From: Octopus vulgaris | Taxonomy: Eukaryota | Assembly: GCA_951406725.2 (NCBI GenBank) | Contig: OX597837.1 | Span: forward strand, 1,550,001-1,614,000 | Direction: 5' to 3' | DNA: 64,000 nt | Shown: positions 14,213 to 28,734 of the stretch, one piece after another | How positions within the stretch are numbered: the stretch's first letter is position 1 | How the letters are laid out: each line of letters starts with the position of its first letter | Made by a program: the position numbers and the translations under genes | Notes under the pieces: model-generated | What the model saw: the letters and a program-made list of their open reading frames with translations, nothing else | Told to the model about the DNA's origin: nothing | The model's database searches: none

Positions 14213-14366
14213 TGTTTCTTTATTAGCCACACAGGGCTACACACAGATAGAACAAATTACAAGGTAGAGCTTTTCTTTTGAAGGTTAAAAAAAAAAAAAA
14301 AGGAAGGGGGAGTTTCGATCAAAAGGGATCGTAAAAGGAGAGAAAGAGGACACAAAAAAGGGGGTT

Positions 14367-14431
<65 letters not shown>

Positions 14432-14434
<3 letters not shown>

Positions 14435-14803
14435 GTGTGGTTGCGTGCTAAGAAGTTTGCTTCCCAGCCTAATGATTTCGAGTTCAGTCTCACTGCGCGA
14501 CTCATTGGACCAGTATCAAGCCTCTTGAATGGATTTGGTAGGCGGAAACTGAAAGAATCCCATTGTGCATATATGTGTGTGTGTTTGTTTGTGTGTGTGT
14601 GTGTATGAGTCTGTGTCTGTTCTCTATCACCGCTTGACATCCGATGCTATTGTGTTCCTGTCCCTGTAACTTAGCGGTTCTGCAAAGGAAACGATAGAAT
14701 TAGTATTATGCTTATAAAGATAGAATACAGTACTGGGATTAATTCAACTAAAACGCTTCAATGCAATGCCCCGGCGTGGCCGAAGTGGAATGACGGAAAT
14801 GCG
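14432..14803 (+). mobile_element. SINE family A, near full-length, degenerate
   Basis: Head ggtgtggttgcgtgctaagaagtttgc...gagttcagtctcactgcg, ggatttggtaggcggaaactgaaagaa, internal (GT)n, and tail tgccccggcgtggccgaagtggaatgacggaaa. Confidence 0.8.
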
Positions 14804-14814
14804 TAATATATATA

Positions 14815-15017
14815 CAGCAATCCCTCGACTATCGCGGGTGTTACGTTCCAAAACCGCCCACAGAAATAGTTACAATCTAAAAAAATATAAATTACCATCG
14901 CTCGTAGAAACCTGGATATAGTGAGGGGTCCGCGATATAAATTTACGTATATTAACTAGAAAAATCCGCGATGTACTGAGTGCGCGATAGGTGAACCGCT
15001 ATATGGTGAGTAATTTG
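14815..15017. mobile_element. pogo/Tigger-like MITE
   Basis: TA|CAGCAATCCCTCGACTATCGCGG ... cgcgataggtgaaccgctatatggtgagtaatttg|TA. TA on both sides and a repeated CCGCGATA-type subterminal motif. The right TIR is degenerate. Confidence 0.6.
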
Positions 15018-15024
15018 TATATAA

Positions 15025-15140
15025 ATACACAAACAATGAGAAAAAATGGAAAACAGGACAAGTAAACACAGAGAAAGGACCCTTCATCAGTCGTCAGCTG
15101 TCTACTCCTCATTTCGAGCATTCAACCACAAGCATTACTG
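15025..15140 (-). mobile_element. Short PLE-like terminal fragment
   Basis: Minus strand reads gctcGAAAtgaggagtagacagctgacgaCTGATGAagggtcc, followed by a pyrimidine-rich tail (ttacttgtcctgttttcc). Flanked by TA/CA repeats. Confidence 0.4.
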
Positions 15141-15149
15141 TGTGTGTAT

Positions 15150-15194
<45 letters not shown>

Positions 15195-15259
15195 ATTATT
15201 AAGATGTTTAATTATGATTGTTAAAACGTCAATAAAATATATGAGGCTTCAAAGTGGAT

Positions 15260-15580
15260 GGTAAGAAAAAGCAGCTAAATCTCCTTCAAAAGATTAATCA
15301 TATTGTCATAAAGAAAGCGATAGGATATATTTGAAAACGTAGTGTATTATGACTGGAATACATTTGACTATTAGTTTTCGCTGTTGCGATTTACCTGGGA
15401 TTAAGAACGACAAGAACAGCAGCAAGAACAAAGCTTATGATAAGCAAAAAGGTATTCAGCTGGTATGCTTCAAATAGCAGCCAAACGTAACCTCAGATCA
15501 TGCGGTGACGTTTTACATAAGAATATGACAGGTAACGTAATCAGAGATATTGCCAAAACGGTTGGATGGTCGCAGCTAGC
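15260..15580 (+). repeat. Dispersed repeat family E, two degenerate copies
   Basis: gcagctaaatctccttcaaa and aaatagcagccaaa...cagatcatgc match the reverse complements of 63300-63332 and 63385-63575. (CAA/CAG)-like tail at ~15405-15430. Confidence 0.5.
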
Positions 15581-15584
15581 ATGA

Positions 15585-15992
<408 letters not shown>

Positions 15993-16139
15993 GCGTGTGG
16001 ATATATATGTGTGTGTGTGTTTGTCTGCATGCATATAAAGAAATATATATCTGTAGATAGATAGATGTTTTTCTGATACAGGCATGGCCATGTATTTTGC
16101 CTATGTGTGTATGCATTCATACACACAAACATATTAGAT

Positions 16140-16899
16140 TTAGCAAATAAAAAAAGGCACGTTAAAATCGTTGCCTTTAGTACGTAGCATAGTGATGCAG
16201 TGATACCTCGCTTCCTGAAAGTTGCTCAATCTTTTGTTGTCACAGATCGGAAGGAGGTAAAAGCTGTTGGCAGGGATCCAACATCACCAGCTGAACGCAA
16301 AACGTGTGCATAGGGTCTTAATACCACCAACACACATAACTTTGTGGAAAAAGTCCAAGAAATAATAGGTAAATCCTCTGGGAAGTCGATCAGAGCCATT
16401 AAAAAGGGCCTCAGGATTTCAGAAAGCACCATCAGAAGTGTCGTTCATGAGAGCATGCATTACGAGTTGTATGTGATGCGGAAGACTCTGCACCAGCCCA
16501 CAAGGCTAGGACAACCCAAGCGTGGATGCGTGCCAAATCCCATGATCATGTTATACCAGACACATGTCCTCCTAGCTCACCATACCTCAATCCTCTGGAC
16601 TTTTATGTATGGGGCATAGTTGAGGGAGAAGGAAATCAACACCCCCAATAACACCATACAATCTCTCAAGTTGGCAATAGCCAACGCCGTGTCCAAAAGT
16701 TGATAAAGATCATCTAATTGGGGCATGTCAACGCTCCCAACCAGTATCGAAACAGCTGTTGACATTAACGGTGGATTCGTTGAATAGATGTGATAAAATC
16801 ACTCTCAAGATTATATGTATCTATTTATTTTCAAAAACAGGTTTTCTTTGACGAGCTATTCTTCTAAATTTATATAAAGGACCTAAAAAAACTAACGCA

Positions 16900-16903
<4 letters not shown>
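16140..16903 (+). mobile_element. Internally deleted Tc1/mariner (maT/DD37D-like) transposase relic
   Basis: HTH-like VEKVQEIIGKSSGKSIRAIKKGLRISESTIRSVVHE, then TQAWMRAKSHDHVIPDTCPPSSPYLNPLDFYVWGIVE (WPPSSPDLNPLD-type motif) and terminal ...AVDINGGFVE*. Frameshifted, and the catalytic middle is missing. Confidence 0.85.
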
Positions 16904-16991
<88 letters not shown>

Positions 16992-17010
16992 GTATTTTCT
17001 GTTCCTGTTT

Positions 17011-17229
17011 ATCTTTTAATTGTTTCAGTCATTCGACCGCGGCCATGCTGGGACACCACCGCCTGAAGAATTTTCTTTAGTCAAATGATACGACTCCAGT
17101 ATTTTTCTTTAAGCCTGGCACTTTTTGTGTCGGTCTCTTTTGCTGAACTGCGAAATCCCAATTGTCAGGCGGTGGTGGTGGTGGTGGTGGTGGGAACACA
17201 GACACAAAGACACACACTCACATACGCAT

Positions 17230-17282
<53 letters not shown>

Positions 17283-17419
17283 GCGAGCTTCTTTCAGTTT
17301 CCGTCCACCAAATCCACTCACAAGGTTTTGGTTGGTTAAGGCTATCAGAGAAAACACTTGCACAAGGTGCCACGCAGTGGTACTGAACCCGGAACCATGC
17401 GGTTGGGAAACAAACTTCT
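17011..17419 (-). mobile_element. SINE family A with internal (GGT)n/(CA)n/(TA)n
   Basis: Tail gtttcagtcattcgaccgcggccatgctggg, core cttctttcagtttccgtccaccaaatccactcacaagg, head gtggtactgaacccggaaccatg. Confidence 0.88.
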
Positions 17420-18467
17420 ATTATTTATTTATATTTCATGGTTTTTATGTTTGGAACTGTTCTTTTTCCTCTTGTTTTCTTTTTCTCTTGTCCTTCGGCT
17501 TTTTCTACATCTATATTTTACTCTGCATTTAGCATCCTTTAGCTTCTCTCTTCCCCGTCTCCCTCCCACTCCCTTATTTTATGGTTTGGCCCCTTCTACA
17601 CTCGTTGCACTTCTTTTTAATTTCTATTTACCCCGTTCTTCTCCCTGTCTATGCCTTTACGTCTGTTTTCTACCCCTTCTCCGCCAAAGAAATAACCCCA
17701 TTTATATTGCCCCTACGCACACACGGCATACGCAAACACACACTCAAATATTCAAACATGCATATACACACACACACACCGAGTTACATATGCACCCACA
17801 CATACACACTCATACAGTCACCTATATACCTACGCACATATTCAAACATTCACACACACACACACATACAGTCATGCACAAACACACATACATACACTCT
17901 ATCATACCTAGATTTACACACACAGCTACACGTATACACATTCCTACACATACACACATACATTTTCTTACGCATGCACACATAAAGCAACAGGCATAGA
18001 CATTCCCTCACACACATATTTACACAGACACAGTTACACACATACATTTTCTTACGCATGCACATTGCACACACGCATACACATAGCTACATACATTCTC
18101 TTACGCACAGACACACAGTTACACGTATGCACATTCAACACACTCACACACACCATTCTCCATTCCCATATACGCCCTCACACATCCTTACCCATCCCTA
18201 ACTCTGACTACTTCAACGACTTCACCCTTCCGCCATATTTAACACACACCAAGCGTTTCCATCCGGCATTTTGACTGTTGTTGCTGTTGTTGTTGTTGTT
18301 GTGGTTCGCTTTATTTTGTTTTGACTGTTGTGGCAGGACAAGAGATGTTGCTATTTTCGATTTTATTGGATGACTCAGAAGTAGAGGTGGTCACAGATGG
18401 ACACAAACAGGTTGATGGAAATGGGCAAGAAGAATGACAAAGAGAGGGAGAGAAATATATAATGTTT

Positions 18468-18516
<49 letters not shown>

Positions 18517-18659
18517 GTGTATGTGTGTGTGTGTGTACAGTGAGAGAGAGAGATGGCGAGAACGATACAAACACATACAGTCATATATAACGTATGTGTA
18601 TGTATATATATATATATATATACACACATACACGTGTGTGTGTGTGTGTGTAAATATTC

Positions 18660-19042
18660 TTTCTTTTATTTTATTTGTTTCACTCATTTGACTGTGGCCA
18701 TGCTGGGGCACCGCCTTTAGTCGTACAAATAGACCCCAAGACTTATTCTCTGTAAACTTAGTACTTATTATATCGATTTATTTTGCCGAACCGCTAATTT
18801 ACGGAGACGTAAAAACACCAACATCGGTTGTGAAGCGATGGGGTGGGGGTGACAAGCAGACACACAAATACATATCTATTTACGTACGACGGGCTTCTTT
18901 CCGTCTACCAAGTCCACTCACTAAGATTTGGTCGGTCCGAAGCTATAGTAGAAGAACACTTGCCGAAGGTGCCAACCCAATCAGAGGAACTGAACCCAGA
19001 ACCATGTGGTTGGGAAGGAAGCTTCTTACCACGCTGCCACTG
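18660..19042 (-). mobile_element. SINE family A, full-length
   Basis: Reverse complement of 46862-47306 throughout. 18692-18715 is identical to the LINE 3' UTR at 29495-29518. Confidence 0.9.
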
Positions 19043-19070
19043 TATATACATGTATATAATATATATATAT

Positions 19071-19153
<83 letters not shown>

Positions 19154-19231
19154 TATATATATATATATATATATGTTATATATATATATATATATGTTTA
19201 TATATATATATATATATGTTTATATATATAT

Positions 19232-19278
<47 letters not shown>

Positions 19279-19632
19279 CATACTTATGTATGTGTATATG
19301 TGTGGGGCTTTGTGTGCGTATATATGTGTCTGTGTGTATGAATATTTAGGTCAGCTGTATCTTTCATCATGTCAAAGTCGATAAAATAGTTACCAATGCA
19401 ATGTAGTGGACATGATGCCTTGCCGTATGTGTGCCTATATACCGAACTGTAGCTGCCTTGACGCAGTAACGGAGAATCACCAAGTCAGTGACTGCTCAGT
19501 GAATCCTTACAATTTCATTTTACTTTTTTTATAACCTAAACAAATCCTAGAAGATAAATATTTGGTATAAGGGTGGAGCAGAGTGATTCAAGAGCGGCTT
19601 CGAACGACAACACACACACTGATAGGTAAGAT

Positions 19633-19700
<68 letters not shown>

Positions 19701-19789
19701 CAGATTGGATGGACGGACGAAGAGGCAGGCAAGCAGACAGAGAGATAAGACACGTTCAGTTTGTATGGATTCAGGCGTTAGAAAGGGAT

Positions 19790-20078
19790 TCTCCTAACTG
19801 GCAACAGAACCTGCTGGAAAAACCAATCACATCTCTCTATTTACTTTAAATAGAGAAGGTCACGTTGTCTAACTTTGTCCTAGATATGCAATGTCCAAAA
19901 ATAGCTGCCATTGTACTAAACATTTCTGTCAAAAAAAAAGATAAATAAATAAAACTCATAATTTGTTCCTGTAAATACATTTCAGAAAGAAAAGCTGGGG
20001 TTGTAGTGGCCTAAAGTCCTTTGATCAAAGGTCATCTCGATCGGGCCAGGCCTTAGGCTAAACAAGAGCAACAACAAT
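19790..20078 (+). repeat. Dispersed repeat family E copy
   Basis: Ends cctttgatcaaaggtcatctcgatcgggccaggccttaggctaaacaagagcaacaacaa, similar to the end of the 15260-15430 copy and to the reverse of 63385-63450. Confidence 0.45.
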
Positions 20079-20607
20079 TTTTGAGACAAGATAATGAGAA
20101 ATAGTCAGACTAACAATCAAATAATCTGTCCGATATATTTTCCATTCTAGACAAGCATTGCAATTTTTTGTGTCGCTTTTTCTTTGCCTGTCAGTGCAGT
20201 CAGTATACAATCAAAGAATTTCTAGTAGATTAGTTAGTTCTGAGACCAATTCTTATTGAAGAAAATGGAGAATATAAAGGAGGAGGAAGAAGACGAAGAA
20301 AAAAACCGGAAATAATTATTCGCAGATCACTTGACAGCGAAGATGCCGTGACAATAACATTTCATGGCAGCGAGAGAGGAAAGATAAGACAATTAAAATG
20401 GAGAATAATCGACGGCCGGATTCTTTAGAAGATAAATGATTATTAGCACGGAAGTGAAGAGGAATGAGAAAAAGTAAAAAAGATTCGTGATGAAACGAAG
20501 CTATATCTTAATGTATGTGTATACGCACATTTACATATAAATACACACACCCATATTATATATACATACATATACACAAACGCATACACAACAAACATAT
20601 ACATGTG

Positions 20608-20660
<53 letters not shown>

Positions 20661-21801
20661 AAGGAAGCAAGTGACATCATCGAATTATTTATAATACCCC
20701 AAATGAAAAGGAAATAGAGTTAGATATGACGGTGGTTTACATAGAGATGACGGCAGCACAAATCAGAACCCAAATGGAAAGACTCGGAATCCATTAACTC
20801 GTTTTCATATCTATTTTGCTCCAAATAACGACTGCCACCAACTTCACAATCATCAACATCTTCCACAATCCATGTTACATTTCCAATAAAATCCTCCCTC
20901 CACAGGGTTATAATTTTTGTGGTGTTTTATAATATTGTAACATTCGTACAATCCAAAGAAAATTTTAGACAGATTAGATACAAACGTTTGGTTCAGATTA
21001 AAAAAAAATGTTGACACAAGGAAGGAATTTCAACCGTTTTTCGTGGTCTGCTACAACAATAGCTCCTTTATAGGATCCAGTAAGCTCAAGACATCATCAG
21101 GAGGAACCACGTCCGGTTTCGTCCCCTCTCCTCAACTGTTTTGACGTGGCGGCTCCCCCCTTTCGGAGTTGTTTTCAGCTCAGGTGTTGAGTGCATGTCT
21201 TCTTTCTTTTGTTCCCTGGCCTCTTCGATGTAGCGTCAACGAGTGTCAGCTGGCGACTGATTGCCTTGTCAAATTTTTTCCCTTTAAATACCTGCTGCTA
21301 GGCTCCAGCAGGCAGCCCCAGCAAGTTATCACGTGACACTGTCTCAACTTTAACTGACCAATGAAGGCACGTAGTCTTAGCCCATGCATTCTCTAAACGA
21401 GACCCTCACCTGTCAGACAGCGAAGCCTATTCAGTGTCAGCGTGTCTCACCTAGTGATGTTATTTTCCTGCCGGCATGTTATAACTTTCAAGCCATTTTG
21501 GTCTTCCCGCTTCAGCCATATATAGAAGCTGGCTTTTTCGACCGTCTCCTTTTACAAATTCTTATTATTATTATAATGATGTCCTCACGTACAGAGAGTG
21601 AGCGAGAGGGAGGACATCATTCAATGTCAGGTTTCCGCACAATTTTCCATTATTGATTTTATTCACAACACATTAGTCGCCCACGAACTGGTCATCAGAA
21701 CATGTAAATAGGAAACTAACTTCTTAACTACACGGCCATGCCAGCACGTATATGATATTATTATCATTATTATTAATATCATTATTATTATTATTATTAT
21801 T

Positions 21802-21834
<33 letters not shown>

Positions 21835-22027
21835 TAGTAGTAGTAGAAAGGGAGCACAGCACAGGGTCGAAAAACAGAGGTTATTTCTGCAAACAGTTGG
21901 AGAAACTCAAATTCGATAAAGGGGAAAATATCGCCCCATCTCCCCATTTTCTTAATAAGGAAACGATTACAACGTACTCTAAACTACAAATGGTAAAATG
22001 CTAAGTGATCATTTCCTGATTTAGTTA

Positions 22028-22090
<63 letters not shown>

Positions 22091-22806
22091 CATGACTACT
22101 ACTCCGGTAGGGATAACAACAAAAATTACAAAAACTAACAGTTGTTACACGGCAACAACAAAGTAATAAGATGACTTTATTGATAGCAGCGGCATCAGTA
22201 GTAGTAGTAGTAGTAGTTGTTGTTGTTGTTGTTATCAACGTCGTTTGTATTTTTGGCGTTGTAGTCAACATCTCCTATTATTGGTGTTGCTTGGTGATGT
22301 TCAGTTCCACCTGTCTTGGAAGTCGTTTATTTTCGCATTTAAAACACAACAGCAAAGCTAACAACAACCGCAACACAACAGACATACTTAATAACAAGAA
22401 ACGCCATCATCAACGACCAACTATAAAAGAATACATAAACATTTTCGGTCCGGAAAATAAAAAAAACAAAACAAATGAAATGAAAAAATATTAAAAAAAA
22501 GATTAGAAAAGATTAAAAAAAACATACCATAAAAATTACGAGAAACCACAACGAGACCAAGAATAAACAACAACAAAAAGACATCAACGATGGAATTGGT
22601 CAATGCAAAGAATAATAATAAAAGGTTTGGTAGTGGTTCCACCAATATTGAGGAGAACTACTGCTGCACCATTACAACTCCCGCTCCACTCCACGACCAC
22701 CACCAACAACAGCAACAACACTATAGCACCTGATCAAACAATGAGAGAAACAGATTCAATGGACCATGTGTGTGTGTGTGTGTGTGTGTTTGTGTGTGTG
22801 TGTTTC

Positions 22807-22838
<32 letters not shown>

Positions 22839-22915
22839 ATGCAAATATATAATATATTCTTACATTCACAAACATATACACGCACATCACATATATATTT
22901 ACACACATAATAGAT

Positions 22916-22952
<37 letters not shown>

Positions 22953-23754
22953 CATAATTACCCACACATGCATACATATATACATTTACACACACACATG
23001 CATATATACATATACATATTTACACATATATGCAAACAAATTTACACACACACACATATACATATACATATATATATATATATATGTGTGTATTTACACA
23101 CACACAAACACGGAAATACAGGTATATGACAAGAGTATAATATAAATATCAGAAAGTCACGTCTTATGATTAATGATACCAGCATCTCTAATGTGTTTGT
23201 AAACATATATGCACACGCACACACGCACACACACACACACGCACACACATTATTTATAGACACATACGCACACACATTGCTTTTAGAGTGTGTGTGTGTG
23301 TGTGTGTGGATATATGTTTGTGTGGACGCTGCGAAATTATATAGATAAATAGATAAAACACACTCACCAAAGAGGCAGCCATATTTGTATGTGTTTCTGT
23401 TTTAGAATTTGTTTTTATTTTATTGTTTGTTTACTGCGTTCTCTCGTTTTTTGTTGTTGCTGTTGTTGTTTGTATGCATTACTTTAAATATAAAGTCTTT
23501 TATTATGCATTATTTCGGTGAGAATGGCCTATATCGTTCATTATTTTGGGCCCTGTTGCTGTTTATTGTAGTGGTTCTTTGTGACGGGAGATGGAGGTGG
23601 TGGTGATGGTGTTGATGTTGTTGTTGTTGTTGGTGTTGGTGGTGGTGGTGTTGCTGCTGCTGATAGTAGCGGCGGCAGTGGTGGTGGTTATAGTATAGTC
23701 ATTCTGATAATTTTTGTCTTTCAGAGAAGAGGAAGACATATTGTTAAATAATAA

Positions 23755-23791
<37 letters not shown>

Positions 23792-24320
23792 GTTTTCTTT
23801 ATTTACTACTATACTACTACTAATAATAAAATCGTGATGATAATAATAATAATAATAACAACAAAAAAACAGCAGCAGCAGCAGTGAGAGTGGAATGTAT
23901 TCTTCAAAAGATTGCGAGTTAAGTGGAGTCTTGTCATCGCAAGGTGTCGTTCGTCAGTGATTAATCTACACCTATATTTGTGATTGTGACTTGGATGTGG
24001 TTGTTTTGTGTTTTGACTGGGTTTTTTTATTTCTTTGTTTGTGTGCTTGTTGAGTGTAATTTTTTAGATTTTGGTTGTTAGGGAATACAAAGGAATTGCC
24101 ACAGACAGATTGATGGGTGCACCGATACATAAAAAAGTACAGAGATGTAAGTTAAAACCCCTTTACATGTACACATCGCAAAATGCCACACACGTATATA
24201 TACTCCGATGCAGACTTATCCACAAAGATAGACAGGCAGAAGTAAACGGAAGAGGTAAACAGACGGACAGACAAACCGATAGATTGGGCGTGTTTGACAG
24301 AATTCTTGTGCATGTATGTG

Positions 24321-24682
24321 GGGGCGCAATGGCCCAGTGGTTAGGGCAGCAGACTCGCGTTTGTAGAATCGCGGTTTCATTTCCTAGACCAAGCTTCGTG
24401 AGTTACTTATCGAGCGAAAACACCTAAAGCTCCACGATGCTCCAGGAGGGGCTGGTGGCGAACCCTGCTGTACTCTTTCACCACAACTTTCTCTCACTCT
24501 TTCTTCCCGTTTCTGTTGTACCTGTATTTCACTCTGTGTCACGCTGATTCTCCCTAAGAACTACTTTAAGGGTACACGTGTGTTTGGAATGCTCGGCCAC
24601 TTGCACGTTAATTTCACGAGCAGGCTGTTCCATAGATCGGATCAGCTGGAATCCTCGCCGTCGTAACCGACGGAGTACCGCG
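24321..24682 (+). mobile_element. tRNA-derived SINE, family B
   Basis: Head GGCGCAATGGCCCAGTGGTTAGGGCAGCAGACTCGCG (A box TGGCCCAGTGG, degenerate B box). Colinear with 45478-45862 over its full length. Confidence 0.9.
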
Positions 24683-26061
24683 TTTTATGTATGTAATATG
24701 TATATATGAGAGAGAGTGAGAGATTTCCATACAGACATATAAGTACAGCGATAGATAAATCACAAATATAAATGTAGACACACTCCCACAAACAGAACAG
24801 ATTCACAAAACTTCATATAAACACAATGTACCACACACAAACGACAATATGTTAACAAACATAGACTGAACCACACAGACAATAACACACACACACACAT
24901 GATCACGCATACACACACACAATGCTGCGCAGGCTCATGAGACAGTTTGTCTTTTTACTGTATTGTAATTGCTGCTACAGAGAGTGAGATGGCGACAATG
25001 TTAAAACCAGATAACGTTGAAAAATACTAACGCAATTAGCGATGTTTAGCATCGGCAAATGTTAAATTAAATCTATAAAATCTGAATAAATTTGAATATG
25101 ACGTTTTGGGATTGATACTTCATCAGAGAGAGTTTTGAACTGGTAAGACAGTATCACACATATATATGTGTGTGTTCGGGCAAATGTGTATGTATGCATT
25201 TATGCGTGATGTACAGGCTGCTGTGTTGATATTTGCAACGTTCACCTTATGCCTGCTGAATATAATATTTTGCAGATTACTTAATCCTATGGCTATGGGT
25301 TCCTTAATACAGACAAGCACAGGTCTGTGAACATTGAAAGAGAATAAGGGCCAAGTAGACAAAATAAACTTAGGTCACATCTAAACTCACTCCCTCACAC
25401 ATATATACACAAACTCATACACACACATACACTCGCCTATACACACAGTCAACCTCCATACGAATATTCTCAGTCAGACACAGAGACAAAGGCACGGTTT
25501 CTGATCGAGCAAATAGCAAAGGAGAAAATCCGGCAAGAAGAAAAATAGAAAGAGAGAAGGAGAGAAAGACTGTTCGAAACACACAAAACGGAGAAACAGG
25601 CAGACGCAGCTACCCCCAAACGGAAAAAAAAAACCAACAGAAAAACAACCGATAGACTGCAAAGGCATGCAGGCGTCTCTGCTGAAATGCAATACTCATA
25701 ACACAAAACATGCACAGTTGCATATAAACGTCTGCACAATTATATGTAACGTCTCATTGTCCCTTTCTCGTGTATTCTTTTGTTTCGCCGCCATATTTTT
25801 CCTTATTTTTCATTGAACAATATTTAGATAGATTTTTTCAAATGTTGTGCATCTGTTGTTAGTTGATGTGTTTCCTGCACTACAAAAGACAAGAGGATCT
25901 TTTCTTTTTCAACAATAAGTGCACACCTGCTCGGCAGCAACAGCTGTATACTGGGATAATTGGTTTAGAAGGGAAGAAGGGGGAAAAACCTACACGACAA
26001 ACGCTCCAGGCTGGCGCATCGAGAGGCCAATAGATGTGCTGAGAACAGAGGAGAAAATAGG

Positions 26062-26109
<48 letters not shown>

Positions 26110-26176
26110 CTTGTATGTATATATATATTCATATATGTACACATATACATATATTTATACACACACATACACACGC

Positions 26177-26233
<57 letters not shown>

Positions 26234-26886
26234 TATGCAAACGCATAAACATTCACATCCACACACAGCCTCATTCATATTCATGCATTGTGTAGCTTTA
26301 TGGATTTCGAGTAGACTTTGATGATTGCGGGTTCGATTCTTCACACATGCAGTCTCTTTAAGTGACTAGAATTCTGAAATTTGTTTTTCTAATATAACTC
26401 ACCTCCGCTTGGTGCCTATTATACTGCATGTAAGACGGCGATTGTTCACACTTTGATGTTATATATCTCTAGTAGTACCCTTAAACAAGTTTGTTTTTGT
26501 CAGTGAATTTGTATTATGTGTAGTTGTATATATGAGTATATATATATATGTTTTTGTGTGTGTGTGTGTGTGTGTGTACGCACACGCATAACATACTTAT
26601 GTGTACGTGTATATATAATACATATATTTATACATACATGCACAAATGTCCGTGTGTATATGTATATATATATGTGTGTGTATATATGTCTGAATGTGCT
26701 GCGTCCATGTGTGTACCGGTATTTATGTCCATGTACATCTATATATTCTCCATGTGTTTCGCTATAGCTATATGTAATAGAAGAGTGCTAAACAACCTAA
26801 AATAGAGTCCAAATATATAATGCAATATGAACCTAAGTATATATAAATGCAGACGATATCAAAATGTACAAATATTGACATATACA

Positions 26887-26922
<36 letters not shown>

Positions 26923-26955
26923 CACACAAATATATATACGTACATATATATAAGT

Positions 26956-27010
<55 letters not shown>

Positions 27011-27599
27011 CGATATTAGTTCCCTGTAGAATCCACGCGGTGTTTCGATTGATATTTCAGTCTCCTTAGTAAATGACGGCAACATGTACATGCAACAGGT
27101 TTTAAACAGCGAAGTCTACCACCTCAAAAGTTCGGTTTGGGTCAGCACGCCACTTCGATAAATGTTTCTTATTCTCCCTCCATTGAACGATACTTGTTGA
27201 AGTAGAGAAACAGCAGCATTGGAATATTTTGGCATAACTCTCACCTTTTACAGTTTCCCTACTGAGTTACGATTCCAGCGTTGATGAAATACTCACGAAA
27301 CGAAGCTAACAGGAGTACACACACCAACATATCTTCATAGATAGAAATGCATGTATAGCCATACACACTTGCACATAGATCGACAGATCTGAAAACACAC
27401 ACACACACATATATATCTGTTTCTCTCTTTCCCTCTCATTTATATATAATGGACTCTTCCGCCGGAGACGTTGTATGAGCGTTCAGCTTTTGCCGAATGA
27501 TCTGCACAAATAATTTGTTTTTAGAAATGAAATGTATGTACGGTTCATTAGCTCAGTCTCTCCATCAAATCGACGTTTTGTGAACAGGTTCACGGTGTA

Positions 27600-27700
27600 C
27601 CATGCGTCGGGCGTCGAAATGATCACACAGCAACGTGAGATGAAGTGTTTTGCTCAAGAATACAACATAACACCCGGTCTAAGAATTGAAACCGTGAATT
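27600..27700 (-). mobile_element. SINE fragment (head/core of another tRNA-SINE)
   Basis: cagcaacgtgagatgaagtgttttgctcaagaatacaac...cccggtctaagaattgaaacc is a reverse B-box plus a core similar to the family B head. Confidence 0.5.
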
Positions 27701-27892
27701 GCAGCAGATATGCACACAAACAAATCTATGTGGTTCGATGAATATTCATACAGGTTTCACTATCTTTAAGTAAAAAACCAAACGCATGACACGTTCAGTA
27801 AGGCACTCCTTGATATACTATGCCTGAGAACAGGGCACAGTGTTAAAAGCTGTAAAGCTTTTGAACGGCATTTGCCCTGAGCGGTAACTTAA

Positions 27893-28105
27893 CCCATTAA
27901 GTCCCACTGTCCTGTAAATAGGACATTAAATGAGAACATTAAATAAGCTTTATCACATTGTCTCAGTGTCCTATTTCTAGAACACTGTGTATTTCCATTT
28001 CTACTTAAAGTAAAGGAGTTTTACTAATTATTTTTTTCATTTTAACTTATTTTCAATCATTTAAAAGTAATACTCAGAAATTTAAGTACTCTGGGACTTA
28101 ATGGG
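27893..28105. mobile_element. piggyBac-like MITE (213 bp)
   Basis: TTAA (27889-27892), perfect 14-bp TIRs CCCATTAAGTCCCA / TGGGACTTAATGGG, TTAA (28106-28109). CCC...GGG termini and a TTAA TSD are piggyBac hallmarks. Confidence 0.9.
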
Positions 28106-28734
28106 TTAAATACCCATTAAGTCGCAGATACACAATCCAAGAAACCTGTTGCGTTCCAGTTGTATTTCCTGCTTCTACTTACGGTTGTTTCAAACTTCAC
28201 GTCTCCTACTTCACGATTCTATGGCCTTCGTTACAACGTCTCACTTTTCAGTCAGCCTCATTCAGCTCACTCTTGCTCTGTCGCATCTTAGCATCGCCAC
28301 ATGAACAGAATATGCATGTATTTGTACATATCGTTGCTATTATGTTAAACTGTCGTATGTCCATATTTGGTCAAATACGTTTGTTGTTTTCAATATTTAA
28401 TTTTGCTTGCAATAGCTGGTTCTTTTGGTCAAACTATCGTATCTCCAATCGCTTCAGATGAAAATTATCAAAGTGTAGTAGAACGGTTTAGTATGTTTCA
28501 AAAGTGTAGTAAGTCCCACATATGACAGTTTTGCAAAAATATTTCTGATTGAAAATATCATACATGCATGGGGTTACGATTTTATGCACCTGACAAAGTA
28601 TTATTGTTAAGCTGAAACTGTTGCTGATGTAAAATGAAATGGATTGGTGGAACTTATTTTCTGTAAGAGCAACATTTTGAACTTACGACACTTTTGCATA
28701 AAAGTACCGAGTTATATTCATAGTGTGTATATGT

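Noticed and set aside
23725-23747. Strong acceptor followed by KRKTYC-stop (possible terminal exon)
   Set aside because: Too short to support without transcript data.
24321-24395. tRNA-like heads (also at 45478 and 46862)
   Set aside because: They continue into SINE bodies and lack a complete cloverleaf, so they are not tRNA genes.
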